64,000 nucleotides of DNA from Octopus bimaculoides. Its lineage: Eukaryota. The stretch lies in contig NC_068982.1 of assembly GCF_001194135.2 (NCBI RefSeq), positions 10,853,681-10,917,680 of the forward strand, written 5' to 3'. Positions 13,801-26,452 of the stretch are shown one piece after another; positions within the stretch are counted from its first letter, which is position 1, and each line of letters begins with the position of its first letter. A model generated the notes under the pieces. It had not been told where the DNA came from and ran no database searches. It saw only the letters and a list, made by a program, of their open reading frames with translations. The translations under genes were made by a program, and so were the position numbers.

Positions 13801-14114
13801 TGGCACTTCATCGCTTGCGACGCTGAGGGTTCCAGTCGAAACAATCAACGGAACAGGTTGCTCATGAAATCAATGTGCAAGTGGTTGAGCACTCCACAGA
13901 CACGTGTACCATTAGCGTAGTTCTCAGGGAGATTCAGCATGACACAGAATGTGACAAATCTCGCTCTTTGAAATACAAATACTATTCAGTTCCACCAGCT
14001 GGGTGGACTGGAGCAATGTGAAATAAAGTCTCTTGCTTAAGGACACACCGTGTCGTGGGGAATCGAACTCACGGCCTTACTATCGTGGGCCAAATCACTA
14101 AGCCACGCGCCTTC
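13801..14114 (-). mobile_element. SINE family C (long tail C2)
   Basis: Reverse complement aligns to 20785-21107; head starts gaaggcgcgtggcttagtg. Confidence 0.88.
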
Positions 14115-15585
14115 ACGATATATATAAACAGAAACAATATCACATTTTTCCTACACCCCATTAAATTGACCTTCGTACCAATTTTATTAAACACAGAAAA
14201 AGATGAAAGACAAAATGGAACTTACCATGTAAGCAGCACTAGGTATTTTTCTTATGCTATATTTCTTAATGGTTAAGCATTTTTAGGGCGAAGGATTGGT
14301 ATATAATGAAAGCGGTATTTACTTATGATCCTATACATTCAAATCTCGCATAGAGTAACTCTGCATTTTCCGTTTTCGGATTGATAAGTTAAAGTGTCAT
14401 CCCAATAATGGGTTTCGTCTTAATTTACTATATCTACCCCAAAAATTCATGGATTTGTACCAACATTAGAAATAGACACATTTAACACGTTCTTCGTTTT
14501 TTGTTTTTTTTTTCGATTCTATAAATTTATTTTAGACACATATACATTTGCAGTAGAACGTTTATATCATTTTATATATGTGCAGATAAAGATTTGTTCG
14601 TAGATTTAAGTATGTATACGTGGAGTGTATGAGAAAACACAGGAAAAGGTGTAAGCATATGAGAGAGAGTATATACGTTTGCATATGTATATTTGCGTCT
14701 CTATATATTTACAGATTTTACATATACACAAGTTCACACATGCACAAACACATATGTATATACATATATATATATATAGAGAGAGTGAGAGAGAGGGGGA
14801 GGGAGAGGGAGAGAGAGAGAGAGAGCACATTATTATATTCATTCTGTTTCATTTGCTCCGCAAAAGCAATCAAATAAAATTTGCAAACAGACACTGAGAA
14901 TATTTATCATTTCAGTGCATAATTTAAACCCTCGTTTCCGGTCTCATTTCCTGTTAGCTAAATACGTTTAATGTTTTTTGTTTCCTGAAACTTTTAAATT
15001 TTTATTCCAAATAGCACAATTATTTAATATATCGCTGTTCTAATAATATCAGATATATAAATATTATTCCAATTGAGCTGTAAACATTAATATACAAATA
15101 TTACATAAACTAACTTGTAATACAATATACTAGCATTAAAAATAAAACTCTAAATATAATATATTTATTTCACATGAAGTTACCAATTTAGAAATAAGTT
15201 TCATAACTGAACAGCTGTAGTAAATAACATATAACTTAACTTATAATAAAAATTGTAATTTTCCTCTTATTTTAGTAGGATGTGTTTGCTTAACTCTATT
15301 ATTTGGTTTCGTTATACTTTCCAGTTGAATAAATGTTAATTTCAATAGCTTTTAACTGCCGTACACGAACGTTCACTTCTAGATGCCATCAGTTAGCAAA
15401 AGCACCAACGAAATATATTTGTAGACTACCAAATAAATATTTTCTCAATTTAAATACAACTTTGATCTACGACACTATTCTCTTTTATGTATGTTTAATA
15501 CTAACTCCACAAAAAATAATTGTTATTTAGTTGTTTTCATTCAATAATACTCCCGAATGGTAACAGCTTATCTCTCTAGAAAGAC

Positions 15586-15624
<39 letters not shown>

Positions 15625-16368
15625 AAGATAAAGATATGAAGCTCCTTGCGCCAGAGCAGAATTTAAGAGTAATCCTACAGATTGCCTATCCATATAAACA
15701 CCATACATATATATATATATAATATGAATATATATCTGTGTGTATGTGTGTGTGTGTATACATACATACATACATACATACATACATAGTATTAACTGAC
15801 AACATTTTGATCCCTTTCCAAAGAAAAGCATACTCCATATATAGTGTCGAGGCTATATTTATTAGAATTTCTTGGCTTCTTCTATCCAGTGAGATCAGTG
15901 GCGCGTACATGCATCGATGCAGCTATGGATCGTAACAATACCATAAGGAAATCTGTTCAGTCGATACCAGCCAGCATTGAATGCATTTTTCATTTCATTT
16001 TCAGTGAGAAACAAATCGTTTTGCGAGACGTAGCTGTTGAGTTCGTTTGTTGCTTATTACTGTAAATATATTTTTACATGATATTTAGAATAGAATAATG
16101 CTATTCTGAGTTTTACGTCAAGCGTAAATTATTGAGAGTATCGGCCTAAATTCTTCCAGTTTGTATGTACGCATATATTGGTTGGTGGGAAAGTGGACAG
16201 TTAATTGAGGAAATGCATTCAAATTATTTTCAAAGTAAAGAGTATTTCAAAGCAAGTTAAGTAATGACAATCGTTCCCGTTCTTTATTTCACAATATATA
16301 TACAAGAATATATGTTCTTTACACACCCGTCTTCGCCTTTGTCTCCTTTTTGTTATTTTTGTAAATTC

Positions 16369-16428
<60 letters not shown>

Positions 16429-17912
16429 AAAGTATGTATATATATTGAGCGTTTATGTCTTTCTCGATGAATAATTAATCATTAAACGTTGAAATATTTT
16501 TTATTTATTTGTTTTCCTTCACACTTAGTTTAAATACAGAAATACAATGACCAGTACTCTAGTCCTCAAAAATGGTACTTGACTTAATTGAATCATGGAA
16601 ATGTTTAGCAGAAATAGCGTACCGCATAAACTTACCGAGTTTATTCAGCAATAGCAAATAACTATGACAGCAAAAGTCTATTTGGCCAGACATGATAAAG
16701 AAAGCAAATAGTTATTTGTATAGTTGTTTATCAATAATGATACATTGCTGGTATTGCGAATGTTAAGACCTGATTAGAATAGTTGATACGAGAGCACTCA
16801 CCAAAGCATAATACTTGAGAGTTTTTTGAAAACTTTAATCCATGATAGTAATATTAACGACTATTCACACCACACAGTGAGCATACACGCATTGTATCTT
16901 TAAAAATATTGGTCTGCAAACTACTTTTTAACTGTGTTCATGATGAGATTAAACAAACTTGCTTCTTCGGTTTAACAACATGTTTTCTTTAAGTATTAAT
17001 AGATATTTACCACTTCATTTTTTCTATATAAATTTGTATTCTTTTCATTTAATGTTCATTCGAAGCACGCATAGTAACATTAACAAACTTTAGAACTGGA
17101 TGGAAAATATCAGTAACTACTTTTAGATGAGAGCTACTTGTGAAAAATAAGCATTAATATGTACTGACAAAAAAAAATCGAACAAAAAATTACTGTTAAA
17201 TCATTCAATACAATAACGATTGAAGTTAAAAAGACATGTTACAATAAAAACAAAATAGATTTTTAAAGACTGACACAAATCAAATATTTGTATAAATTTG
17301 ATTATTCTAATATATTTTGTATATTCTTCTCACACAAACGAAAGCTGTTTCAAAGAAAAAGTGAATAATCATAGTTACTGGAGTTGCCGTTCTTGATGTA
17401 ATTGGTCTTGATGTTATTGTCGTTCTTGTTCTTATCGTTGTTGTTTTCGTTATCGTATTTTTGTGGTTATGTAACTGTAGCATACTAAGCATGTGACTAA
17501 CTGAAATAATTGAAAACTGTATTGCCCACTTTAACATACTGCAATGTATCGTATGAAGTACAATGTAATAATGTTGACATGCTGAAGCCAAACTTCTGTC
17601 CAGTCAATTTCTGTACTCATGTTCTTGTCTAGCTCCAGATTATCCCGGACGAAGCAAATGTATGATCAATACATTCCTAGTATCATCATCCTGTATTCTA
17701 TTTATTTATATATTTGCTTGCTATGGTTGATGTAGCGTTCAACAGTTATGACTGCAAATAGCTGTTTCAATACCAAGAGTTGCACCCGCTTAATTGTCTG
17801 ATAAACCACTCACATATCAAAAATATGTTCTATTTGATAAGTTTCTGTGTATTCCTTGGATGAACAAGCATTATTTGATATAGCCGTAATTTTTCCTTCA
17901 TTAAATATATTA

Positions 17913-18251
17913 CCGTATCTGATGACTTATAAGACGCACCTTTTTACCCCCTAAATGGCTTAAAAATCCCCCTGCATCCAATGCACTCAATGTAGGCTCA
18001 AAACTCGCTCAAAACGGTATGTATGGTTACAAAACGTGTGCTGCCATCTATGGGTGAACAATTACGTACGGTATGTTTATATCGAATGTGGATGCAATAA
18101 ATTGCTTATAATTACCGGTAATGACATAAAGTTATACAGGTAAGTGGAGGAATTAAAACATTATTTTAGTGGTAATTTATTTTATAAAAGAATAGCCTAG
18201 GCCAGGGTGAGTCCTATGCACTCGTGCGTCTTATAGGCCAATCAAATACGG
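17913..18251. mobile_element. Tc1/mariner-superfamily MITE
   Basis: Imperfect TIRs of about 28 bp (ccgtatctgatgacttataagacgcac and gtgcgtcttataggccaatcaaatacgg) with TA and CA flanks; no ORF. Confidence 0.82.
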
Positions 18252-19369
18252 CACATAGTAATCCCCACCACATTACTAAGTTATTGTTAGTACTTCGACA
18301 GTATACTGTATCTACCCTTAATATGATTAAATCAAATTTAAAAATATAATATCAGGATATTAGTAACTGTTACGCATAGTAAAGGGACTTGTATATAGAA
18401 GTATTTTAAGATTTTATAGAACTCACCAGAAATACATTTAAGATTGGGGAAAGATAATACGATCACACTTTCTGGAATAAACGCTAAATGCATTCTATCC
18501 AGTAAATGCGGTTCATTACGAGCTTCATGGAAAGAAAAACCTTTGACCTCTCAAAAAAGAGCCGGCACAAAGTTGTAACAGTAATCCTTGAGATAACAAT
18601 TTCAAATTTCTTCCCCTAAATTCATACGAAATTATCATTCATGTCCATCTTTTTCGATCATTATTTTAAAATGTTGGCACACGTCGTTTAAATATACAGA
18701 AGTTAATTCTGAAGTGTGTAATGCAGAAAATAGCAAAAGGCTTTCATGCGTTCGGTGTCGAGAAAGATATTAGTCATTGACTACTATAAATTTTACACTG
18801 CGGGAAACAGCTTGTTGCATGTTTCGGTATAAAGCCTCCCACAGGAAGCATGGACTTCAGCATTATTACTGAAGTAATGATGGAGTAGACACTAAGTTAA
18901 TAAATGAGAATGTATATCAATTTGCGTAGAAGATATTATGGTCAAGGAAACTTTTACTCTTAGGCATTACATCTATATTAGTTTTATTCGAAATATACAT
19001 GAATTATAATCCAAATTAAATCAAGAACAACTAACTGCTATACTGTCCACTGATAACAATATGTAACTATGCAACCAAGCAGGGAACACTATGCCATCGT
19101 TAGGCTAGCCAGACCCAGCCAGATGATAGATAAATCAGACAACCAATGTTCTTAAATAATACAAGACGTTTAATATAATTCCGTTAACTGATATACGTAA
19201 TGTAGATGGTCCCGAGTAGAACGACCTAGTTTATGGGTCTTCTTGGTCAGATTAAATTTATGATAATTAGCATATAGCAAGGTAGACATATTGTAGATGC
19301 CATAATCATGAAATAGTACCGCAAATATATATACATGATTGACCGTTGACTGAACACTATTCAATTTTT

Positions 19370-19530
19370 TTTCTCCGTGTTTTTCTCCTTGTCTCCGTAT
19401 TCTTTCTGTTGAAGAGCGTAGCTCGAAACGTCAAAGACTTTCCGTATTCCCGAGCGTCATACTAATATATACTTTTGTTATTTACACCACCTGTCCTCGT
19501 TTGTTGTTATTTTTTGTATATTCTCCCATA
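19370..19530 (+). mobile_element. Family D hammerhead-bearing element
   Basis: Near-identical to the reverse complement of 21702-21862; ends ttctccc followed by (AT)n. Confidence 0.82.
19401..19437 (+). ncRNA. Minimal type I hammerhead ribozyme-like fold, GUC site, A6U variant
   Basis: TCTTT|CTGTTGA|A|GAGC-gta-GCTC|GAAA-CG-T|C|AAAGA. Confidence 0.68.
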
Positions 19531-20623
19531 TATATATATATATATATANNNNNNNNNNNNNNNNNNNNNNNNNNNNNNNNNNNNNNNNNNNNNNNNNNNN
19601 NNNNNNNNNNNNNNNNNNNNNNNNNNNNNNNNNNNNNNNNNNNNNNNNNNNNNNNNNNNNNNNNNNNNNNNNNNNNNNNNNNNNNNNNNNNNNNNNNNNN
19701 NNNNNNNNNNNNNNNNNNNNNNNNNNNNNNNNNNNNNNNNNNNNNNNNNNNNNNNNNNNNNNNNNNNNNNNNNNNNNNNNNNNNNNNNNNNNNNNNNNNN
19801 NNNNNNNNNNNNNNNNNNNNNNNNNNNNNNNNNNNNNNNNNNNNNNNNNNNNNNNNNNNNNNNNNNNNNNNNNNNNAAAAGATTTGCTATAGGAATAATT
19901 TATTTGTAGTGTATTATTGAGGTTAAAAGTCTATAGCTTATAAACGACTGAAGTAATTACAAATAGTGTTACATAAAGGTATGTAATAGAATCGGAACAC
20001 ATGCTTATGTATCATTTCCTATTTTACAAGAAATTTCTCATTAATGTAAATTCGTTGTAAAGTCAACTCTATAATCTATTTTTATACCAGACTGGTAAAA
20101 ATAATGATTTCCCGAAGGTATCTTAATAATTGATGATGTTCTTTTCATTGTTACATGTGTCTCTCTTGACCTATTGTACAGGAGCAAACATTTATAACAA
20201 ATACCGCTTATATTGATTACAAAGTTGAGAATGTTTCTGCTAGTCGTGTGGTCTCTAACAGACTTTCTTAAATTCTATTTACAGTTTACTACACATTTCA
20301 ATTAAATGATTATATTAATCAAACGCATCAAAATGTAATAAGTTTAAACAGTGAAATAGATTTCTTCAACTATTGCAATTGTGTGCGTTACTATTTCTCG
20401 AAGAAGACCAACGCTAGCTTCCTTACATTCCACCGTTCCGTTTCAGCACATTAATATAGCGTTATTTCAATCTAAATATCTTCAGTAAATTCGGAACCGT
20501 ATGTTTATTATTTGTAATTTAATGAGAATGTTAACAAGAAAAAAAATATTACACTTTGTATTTGTACATTTTAAGAAAGCTTACACTCTAATGCTATATT
20601 CAGAACATAGACGGTGTAGAAAC

Positions 20624-20665
<42 letters not shown>

Positions 20666-20784
20666 AACCCTAGAGCTAATTAGAGCTTCTATTTTGTTTG
20701 CATGAAGTTTCTACAGCGACTATGTACTGAATATAGCATTATATATATATATATATATAATACATACATACATACATTATATAT

Positions 20785-21107
20785 GAGGGCGCGTGGCTTA
20801 GTGGTTAGGGCATTCGGCTCACGATCTTACGATCGTGAGATCAACTCCCGGCGATGAGCTTTGTGCTTAACCAAGACACTTTATTTCACGTGTTGCTCAA
20901 GTCCACTCAACTGGTAAAAATGAGTAGTGCCTGTATTTCAAAGGGCCAGCCTTGTCATACTCTGTGTCACGTTGAATCTCCCCGAAGAACTACGTTAAGA
21001 GTGCACGTGTCTGTGGAGTTCTCAGCCACTTCTACGTTAATTTCACGAGAGAGCTGTTCCGTTCATCGTATCAGCTGGGACCCTCGTCGTTGTAACCGAC
21101 GGAGTCC
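20785..21107 (+). mobile_element. SINE family C (C2), full length
   Basis: gagggcgcgtggcttagtggttaggg A box, degenerate B box, CORE-like caagacactttatttcacg segment and tail ending gtaaccgacggagtcc. Confidence 0.92.
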
Positions 21108-21113
21108 TTAATA

Positions 21114-21596
21114 TAGGCGCAGTAGTGGATGTATGGTAAGTAGCTTGCTTACCAACCACACGCTTCCGGTTCAGTTCCATTGCGTGGCACCTTGGGCAAG
21201 TGTTTTCAACAATAGCCTCGGGCCGACCAAAGTATTGTGAGTGGATTTGGTAGACGGAAACTGAAAAAGACCCGTCATATATATTTGTGTGTGTGTGTGT
21301 GTGTNNNNNNNNNNNNNNNNNNNNNNNNNNNNNNNNNNNNNNNNNNNNNNNNNNNNNNNNNNNNNNNNNNNNNNNNNNNNNNNNNNNNNNNNNNNNNNNN
21401 NNNNNNNNNNNNNNNNNNNNNNNNNNNNNNNNNNNNNNNNNNNNNNNNNNNNNNNNNNNNNNNNNNNNNNNNNNNNNNNNNNNNNNNNNNNNNNNNNNNN
21501 NNNNNNNNNNNNNNNNNNNNNNNNNNNNNNNNNNNNNNNNNNNNNNNNNNNNNNNNNNNNNNNNNNNNNNNNNNNNNNNNNNNNNNNNNNNNNNNN

Positions 21597-21628
<32 letters not shown>

Positions 21629-21668
21629 GGTGGTGCATCAGCATGGCCGCAGCTCTAAGCTGAAACTA
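21114..21668 (+). mobile_element. SINE family B spanning an assembly gap
   Basis: Head and CORE-like ggcaccttgggcaagtg before the gap; a tail-like cagcatggccgcag..ctgaaact segment after it (linkage across the gap is assumed). Confidence 0.8.
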
Positions 21669-21669
21669 T

Positions 21670-21701
<32 letters not shown>

Positions 21702-21704
<3 letters not shown>

Positions 21705-21862
21705 GAGAATGTACGAAAAAAAAACAACAACAGACGAGGACAGGTGGTGTAAACAACAAAAGGATGTATTAGTTTGACGCTTGGGAATACAGAAAGTCTT
21801 TAACGTTTCGAGCTACGCTCTTCAACAGAAAGAATACGGAGAAAAGAAGGAGAAAAACACGG
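21702..21862 (-). mobile_element. Family D hammerhead-bearing element
   Basis: Reverse complement of the 19370-19530 sequence; abuts (TA)n at the same end. Confidence 0.82.
21797..21833 (-). ncRNA. Minimal type I hammerhead ribozyme-like fold (A6U variant)
   Basis: Minus strand reads TCTTT|CTGTTGA|A|GAGC-gta-GCTC|GAAA-CG-T|T|AAAGA. Confidence 0.65.
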
Positions 21863-22430
21863 ATATGCTAAAAAATGTGACTGACCTGAGTGTTTTCCAT
21901 TAAAGGTTGTATATAGAGTTGATATGTTTAAGTTCAGTAACGTGTGCAGAATATTCCAATATAAGTGGGAAATATAAGCTAATATGCGCAGATGTGTACA
22001 TTATATAACAGAATCCAATCTGAAATGTAAAATGATTAACACAATTGATTATTAGCATAAAATATATACATCAGAAATTTCTGAAGAGAAGATGTTAATG
22101 TTTGAATTATGTTTAGAATACGTCTTAGGATTATTATATATAAAGAACTTCTCGTGTATTTTATGTATGATAAAACTAAATAATATTATGTGAAGTATTA
22201 TTCCAGACTCTAGAATTTATAGTTCTAATATTTAGTCGTTTTCTGCATGGGAAATTAATCAAATTTTAATGTTTATTTAAAATGTTTTAAACGTAACTGT
22301 TTTAATTTTATCTATAAACATCTTGTTCATATTATATATCAAACTTTTGACTCTATTCACATATATCATTCATTGCAAATGAAAATTTGGAGAAAACACG
22401 AGATTTATTTGAACAATTAAAAGTTCATTT

Positions 22431-22471
22431 GAACTTTCAATTATGAACTTTCAATTATGAACTTTCAATTA
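22431..22471. repeat. 14-bp tandem repeat x3 (gaactttcaattat)
   Basis: Three direct copies, preceded by the inverted half aaagttc. Confidence 0.9.
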
Positions 22472-24169
22472 CAACTTCAGATTTCTAGTGACGGATAGTT
22501 GATTAAATTACACTTAACACTCGATTGATATTTAAATTATAGTGTTGGATAAAATGCGAAGTTAACCTCAACGAGGATCAAACTCAGAATATAAAGAAAT
22601 ATTACTAAATACCATAATGCGTTTAGTTCGCCACTCTTCTAATTCTGCCAATCATCGCTTCCTACAAAGTTGGGAAAAGCAGTTATGGTTATTCATAATC
22701 TGTATGTATTAACCTCTTAAATTATAACCCATATACAAAAGTATATTTTGTTGTGTTGCCAAAATGAAACTAGGAAATCAATTAATATGACCAGACATGG
22801 TTTTATTAGTAGAAAGTAAATGTCTTATATGTGAAAACAGAGACTTGAAAACATGTATAAAATGTATTGTCATAAAACAGAATAAACAGGAGATTGTCAT
22901 ACATTTACCAAAGTTTTAATAATGGCATATTTTAACCACAGAAAGCTTAAATTGAAATCGAATAATGGTGGCTTATTTTTAGTTTTCAATGTGTATATAG
23001 AAAATATTGAATCGCTGATAAAAAATTGTATATGTTATAGAATTGTAGATAAAACTTTTACACCAAGCTGAAAAAAATATTGGAACTGAGTGACGTAAAC
23101 ACATTTGACTGTAAATGAACTTCTTTGTGAAATATAACTTATTCATTGTAAACAGCTTAGGATAAATAAAATTTGAATTTTTTAACGAAATCTGACACGT
23201 CAATAGTCTCATATTCTACGACCAATGTTTATCTGGCTTTATATATTACTCACCCATCCTTTCCTTCTTTCTAGGTCTTTCAATTCTCTTTTTTTTCTCT
23301 CATCCATTGTCTTTCTATCAGTTTTTCTCTAACTTTTCTCTCTCGCTCTATTTCTCTCAACTCGCTAGGTCATTATTTATTTATGTACACTATATGTTTT
23401 TCAATCAGAGCAGAGTTTCGGATAAAGCATATATCAAATACATCCAAATATATAAAATAATAGGAGTAATGTTGTTTAACAGCAGAAATGAAAGGATTCA
23501 TAGAGAGGTGTTTTTTTCGTTTCTTTTTTTTTCTCTCTATTCTATCAAACAAATGCAAAGTCTTCCCACAAAAATCAATATGAACATATGGCAAATATTA
23601 AAATCAATGTCATTACCAATGTAAAATCTCAGTCACATAAAAATGCTGGATGTATAATATTTGTTTTGTTTTGGTTGATTTTGGGGGGTTTTGTTGTTTG
23701 TTTTCTGTTGTTTTCTTTTTTCGCTCTTCTTCTTAAGAAAAAAATTGATACTGCAGAAAAATTACTCTGTTGCTATAGAAACCGAGAGGGTGATAGACTA
23801 TTTCTTACGAATAGTAATATCCTGCACAAAATAACAGAGAAAAATTTATTTTACCAATCTGCATCAACGTTTAATACGATGCTCAACTCCGTACATAACA
23901 GGACGATATTAACTTACGTTCCCCAGGAAATGACACCAGCATCTGAAAAAGTTACATACACAGATGACTATGATGTTTTTGACATCCATAGTATCGAGAT
24001 AACGAAGGGGTAAAGAAAAATAAAGCCATCATTCCAGAGACAAAAAAAATATCAACATTAATTACGAAATTGCAATACATAACAGAGGAGACGGTCACTT
24101 TTGGAATTAAAACCACATTTATGTTGTAATTTTATTATTATCTTTCTATGATAATCTTTCTTACGATAA

Positions 24170-24553
24170 TCTTTTAGTCGTTTCGGTTATTAGACTGCGG
24201 CCATGCAGGGGCACCACCTTGAAGAATTTTAGTCGAAGGAATCGACCCCAGTACATTTTTGTGTAAATCCTGGTATGTATTCTATTGGTCTGAACCGTTA
24301 ATTTACGGAAATGTAAAAGCACCAACACCGGTTGTCAAGCGATAGTGGGAGACACACTCATAGATACATAATACTCGCACACACAGATGACGTGGTTGTG
24401 TTTCAGTTTCTGTCTACCAAATTCACTCACAAGGTTTTGGTAGGTCCGAGGCTACCAAAGCAGAGACACTTGCCCAATGTGTCATGCACTGGGACTAGAC
24501 CCAGTAGCATGGGGTTAGGACGCAAACGTCTTACCACACAGCCGCGCTTGCAC
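24170..24553 (-). mobile_element. SINE family B, diverged full length
   Basis: Tail gactgcggccatgc, CORE-like gacacttgcccaa and head cttaccacacagcc. Confidence 0.87.
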
Positions 24554-24846
24554 TAATTTAAATTATATTTAAAACGGTTCCGCTTTGCTTTACTGATGAG
24601 TTATACGATAACAGAAACCTGTTCAAAATTACTACCGCAAGCCAAAGATTAAACTTACTTCCGACTGTTTTCTATATTCAATTCACTTTTATTAAGTTTA
24701 AATTTTAGGGATTTTTGCCTTTATATTTCTCGATCAAAATATGAAGATAATGATTAGTTCTTCTCGGAATCAGTCTAGTTTTGATTTCTTAACATTTCCT
24801 GAATTAATCCATTATGTTAACGTTAACTCGAATAAAGCTAATGGAT

Positions 24847-25008
24847 TTAAGTACTAGTTACGCACTGGGGTCGATGTAATCGACTTAATCCCTTTGTCTG
24901 TCCTTGTTTGTCTCCTCTATGTTTAGCCCCTTGTGGGCAATAAAGAAATAAGAAACGTTAGCAAGCCGGGGTAAATGCTTCGTACGAGTTGTGCCAAAAT
25001 TTGAAATC
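24847..25008 (+). mobile_element. Fragment of dimeric SINE A (tail 1, second head, internal deletion)
   Basis: ctctatgtttagccccttgtgggcaataaagaaataag|aaacgttagc is the same junction as at 27634. Confidence 0.85.
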
Positions 25009-25184
25009 ATAATATATACGTAATTAGTTTAAAAAGAACTTACCAATGCTAGAGAGATATACAGTTACGGAAGTTTGTTTTTATTTTACTGATAAATGCA
25101 GTATTAGGTCCGACAAAATGTTATTCATTGATTTACAAACATTTCGTAGAAACTTAATTTTCGTTTTCATTAACCATCAAATAT

Positions 25185-25379
25185 CGGTTCAAATTTTGGC
25201 ACAAGGCTATCAATTTCGGGGGCGGGGGTAAGTCAATTACATCGACCCCAGTACTCGACTGGTACTTATTCCATCGACCACGAAAGGATGACAGGAATTG
25301 AACACAGGACGTAAAGACGGACGAAATGCCGTTAAGCATTTTTCCCGGCGTGCTAATGATTGTGCCTGCTTGATGCTTT
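25185..25379 (-). mobile_element. SINE family A (tail 3)
   Basis: 16-bp TSD attaaccatcaaatat (25169-25184 and 25380-25395); family A body. Confidence 0.9.
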
Positions 25380-26271
25380 ATTAACCATCAAATATTGATT
25401 GTAAATTTCTGAAATTATTAAGAGGAAAATTTTTGTTTCATTCGTTCGTACCACCTTATACAATTAATAGAAATTAAATTACTCAAGAAATATTATTGTT
25501 AGAAAAATATGTTATCTTAATTTTCGCAGCAAAACTAGTTTAGGAAATAATGATATTCAATTTTTAAATGGAAACAAAACCACTGATGGCGCGGAAGAGT
25601 ACAGCTGATCAAATCGACACAATTATTGGCACATATTTTATTCACCTCAAAAAAGAGAATATGTCAAACAAGGTGACGTAAAGACATATCGAATAACGTG
25701 TCTCTGGTACGCTATTAATACTCAGCTAAAAGCAGTTATTTAATTATAATTATTCTTCGTTTGCATATTTTCTTTGGGTCATATGCACAATATATTTTGT
25801 ATAATATTGAAATTAATATAATATTTAATGCAACTCATTTTTTTTTTAAATTGATATAGAGAGAAAAGTCAAAGTCGACATCAGAAAAACTAGATTTTAA
25901 ATCATTTGAAAATATATTTATTGTTTTGATGCTCTTAAGGAAAAGATAATTCAGCAAGTATATTAACAAAAGAAAGTTTTTAGATATAAAGTAAATTTAA
26001 ATATAAATTTTAAAATCTAACTGAATATGTTTAAATTATTAAGTGTATCAAAATTGTTAATCTGATCTAAAACGTTGACTAAGAATTAAAATTGGAAACT
26101 ATACACACTCGTAACATAAATGCAGCTTTTCTACAGAGTAACATCTCTAGGAAGGAATTTCAACCATGTTTCGTGGTCTGCTACCACAACAGCTCCTTTA
26201 TAGGATCCAGTTAGCTCAAGACATCATCCAATATCGATGCAAAAACGAGTATTAACATTATTAATATTAAT

Positions 26272-26401
26272 CACTGGTAGTTAAGAGTGCGGGATATTAA
26301 CCCCAAGATTCCGAGTTCGATTCCAGGCAGTGACCTGAATAATAATAATAATAATAGCAACAACAACAACAACAACTACAATAATAATAATAATAATAAT
26401 G

Positions 26402-26452
<51 letters not shown>

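Noticed and set aside
17307-17591. Thr-rich 94-aa ORF (mucin-like)
   Set aside because: It is produced by a degenerate AAC/AAT-type trinucleotide tract.
22431-22471. Short direct repeats as a CRISPR-like array
   Set aside because: These are contiguous tandem units without spacers in a eukaryotic context; no CRISPR array is present in the window.
26161-26195. Minus-strand CTGTT-GTGGT(agcag)ACCAC-GAAACATGG resembling a hammerhead
   Set aside because: The core lacks G8-A9 in register, and there is no UH triplet or stem I; only a 5-bp hairpin next to GAAA.
26272-26332. Possible tRNA gene
   Set aside because: The D arm is incomplete and the T and anticodon stems are mismatched; treated as a SINE head. 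The same applies to the heads of families A, B, C and E.
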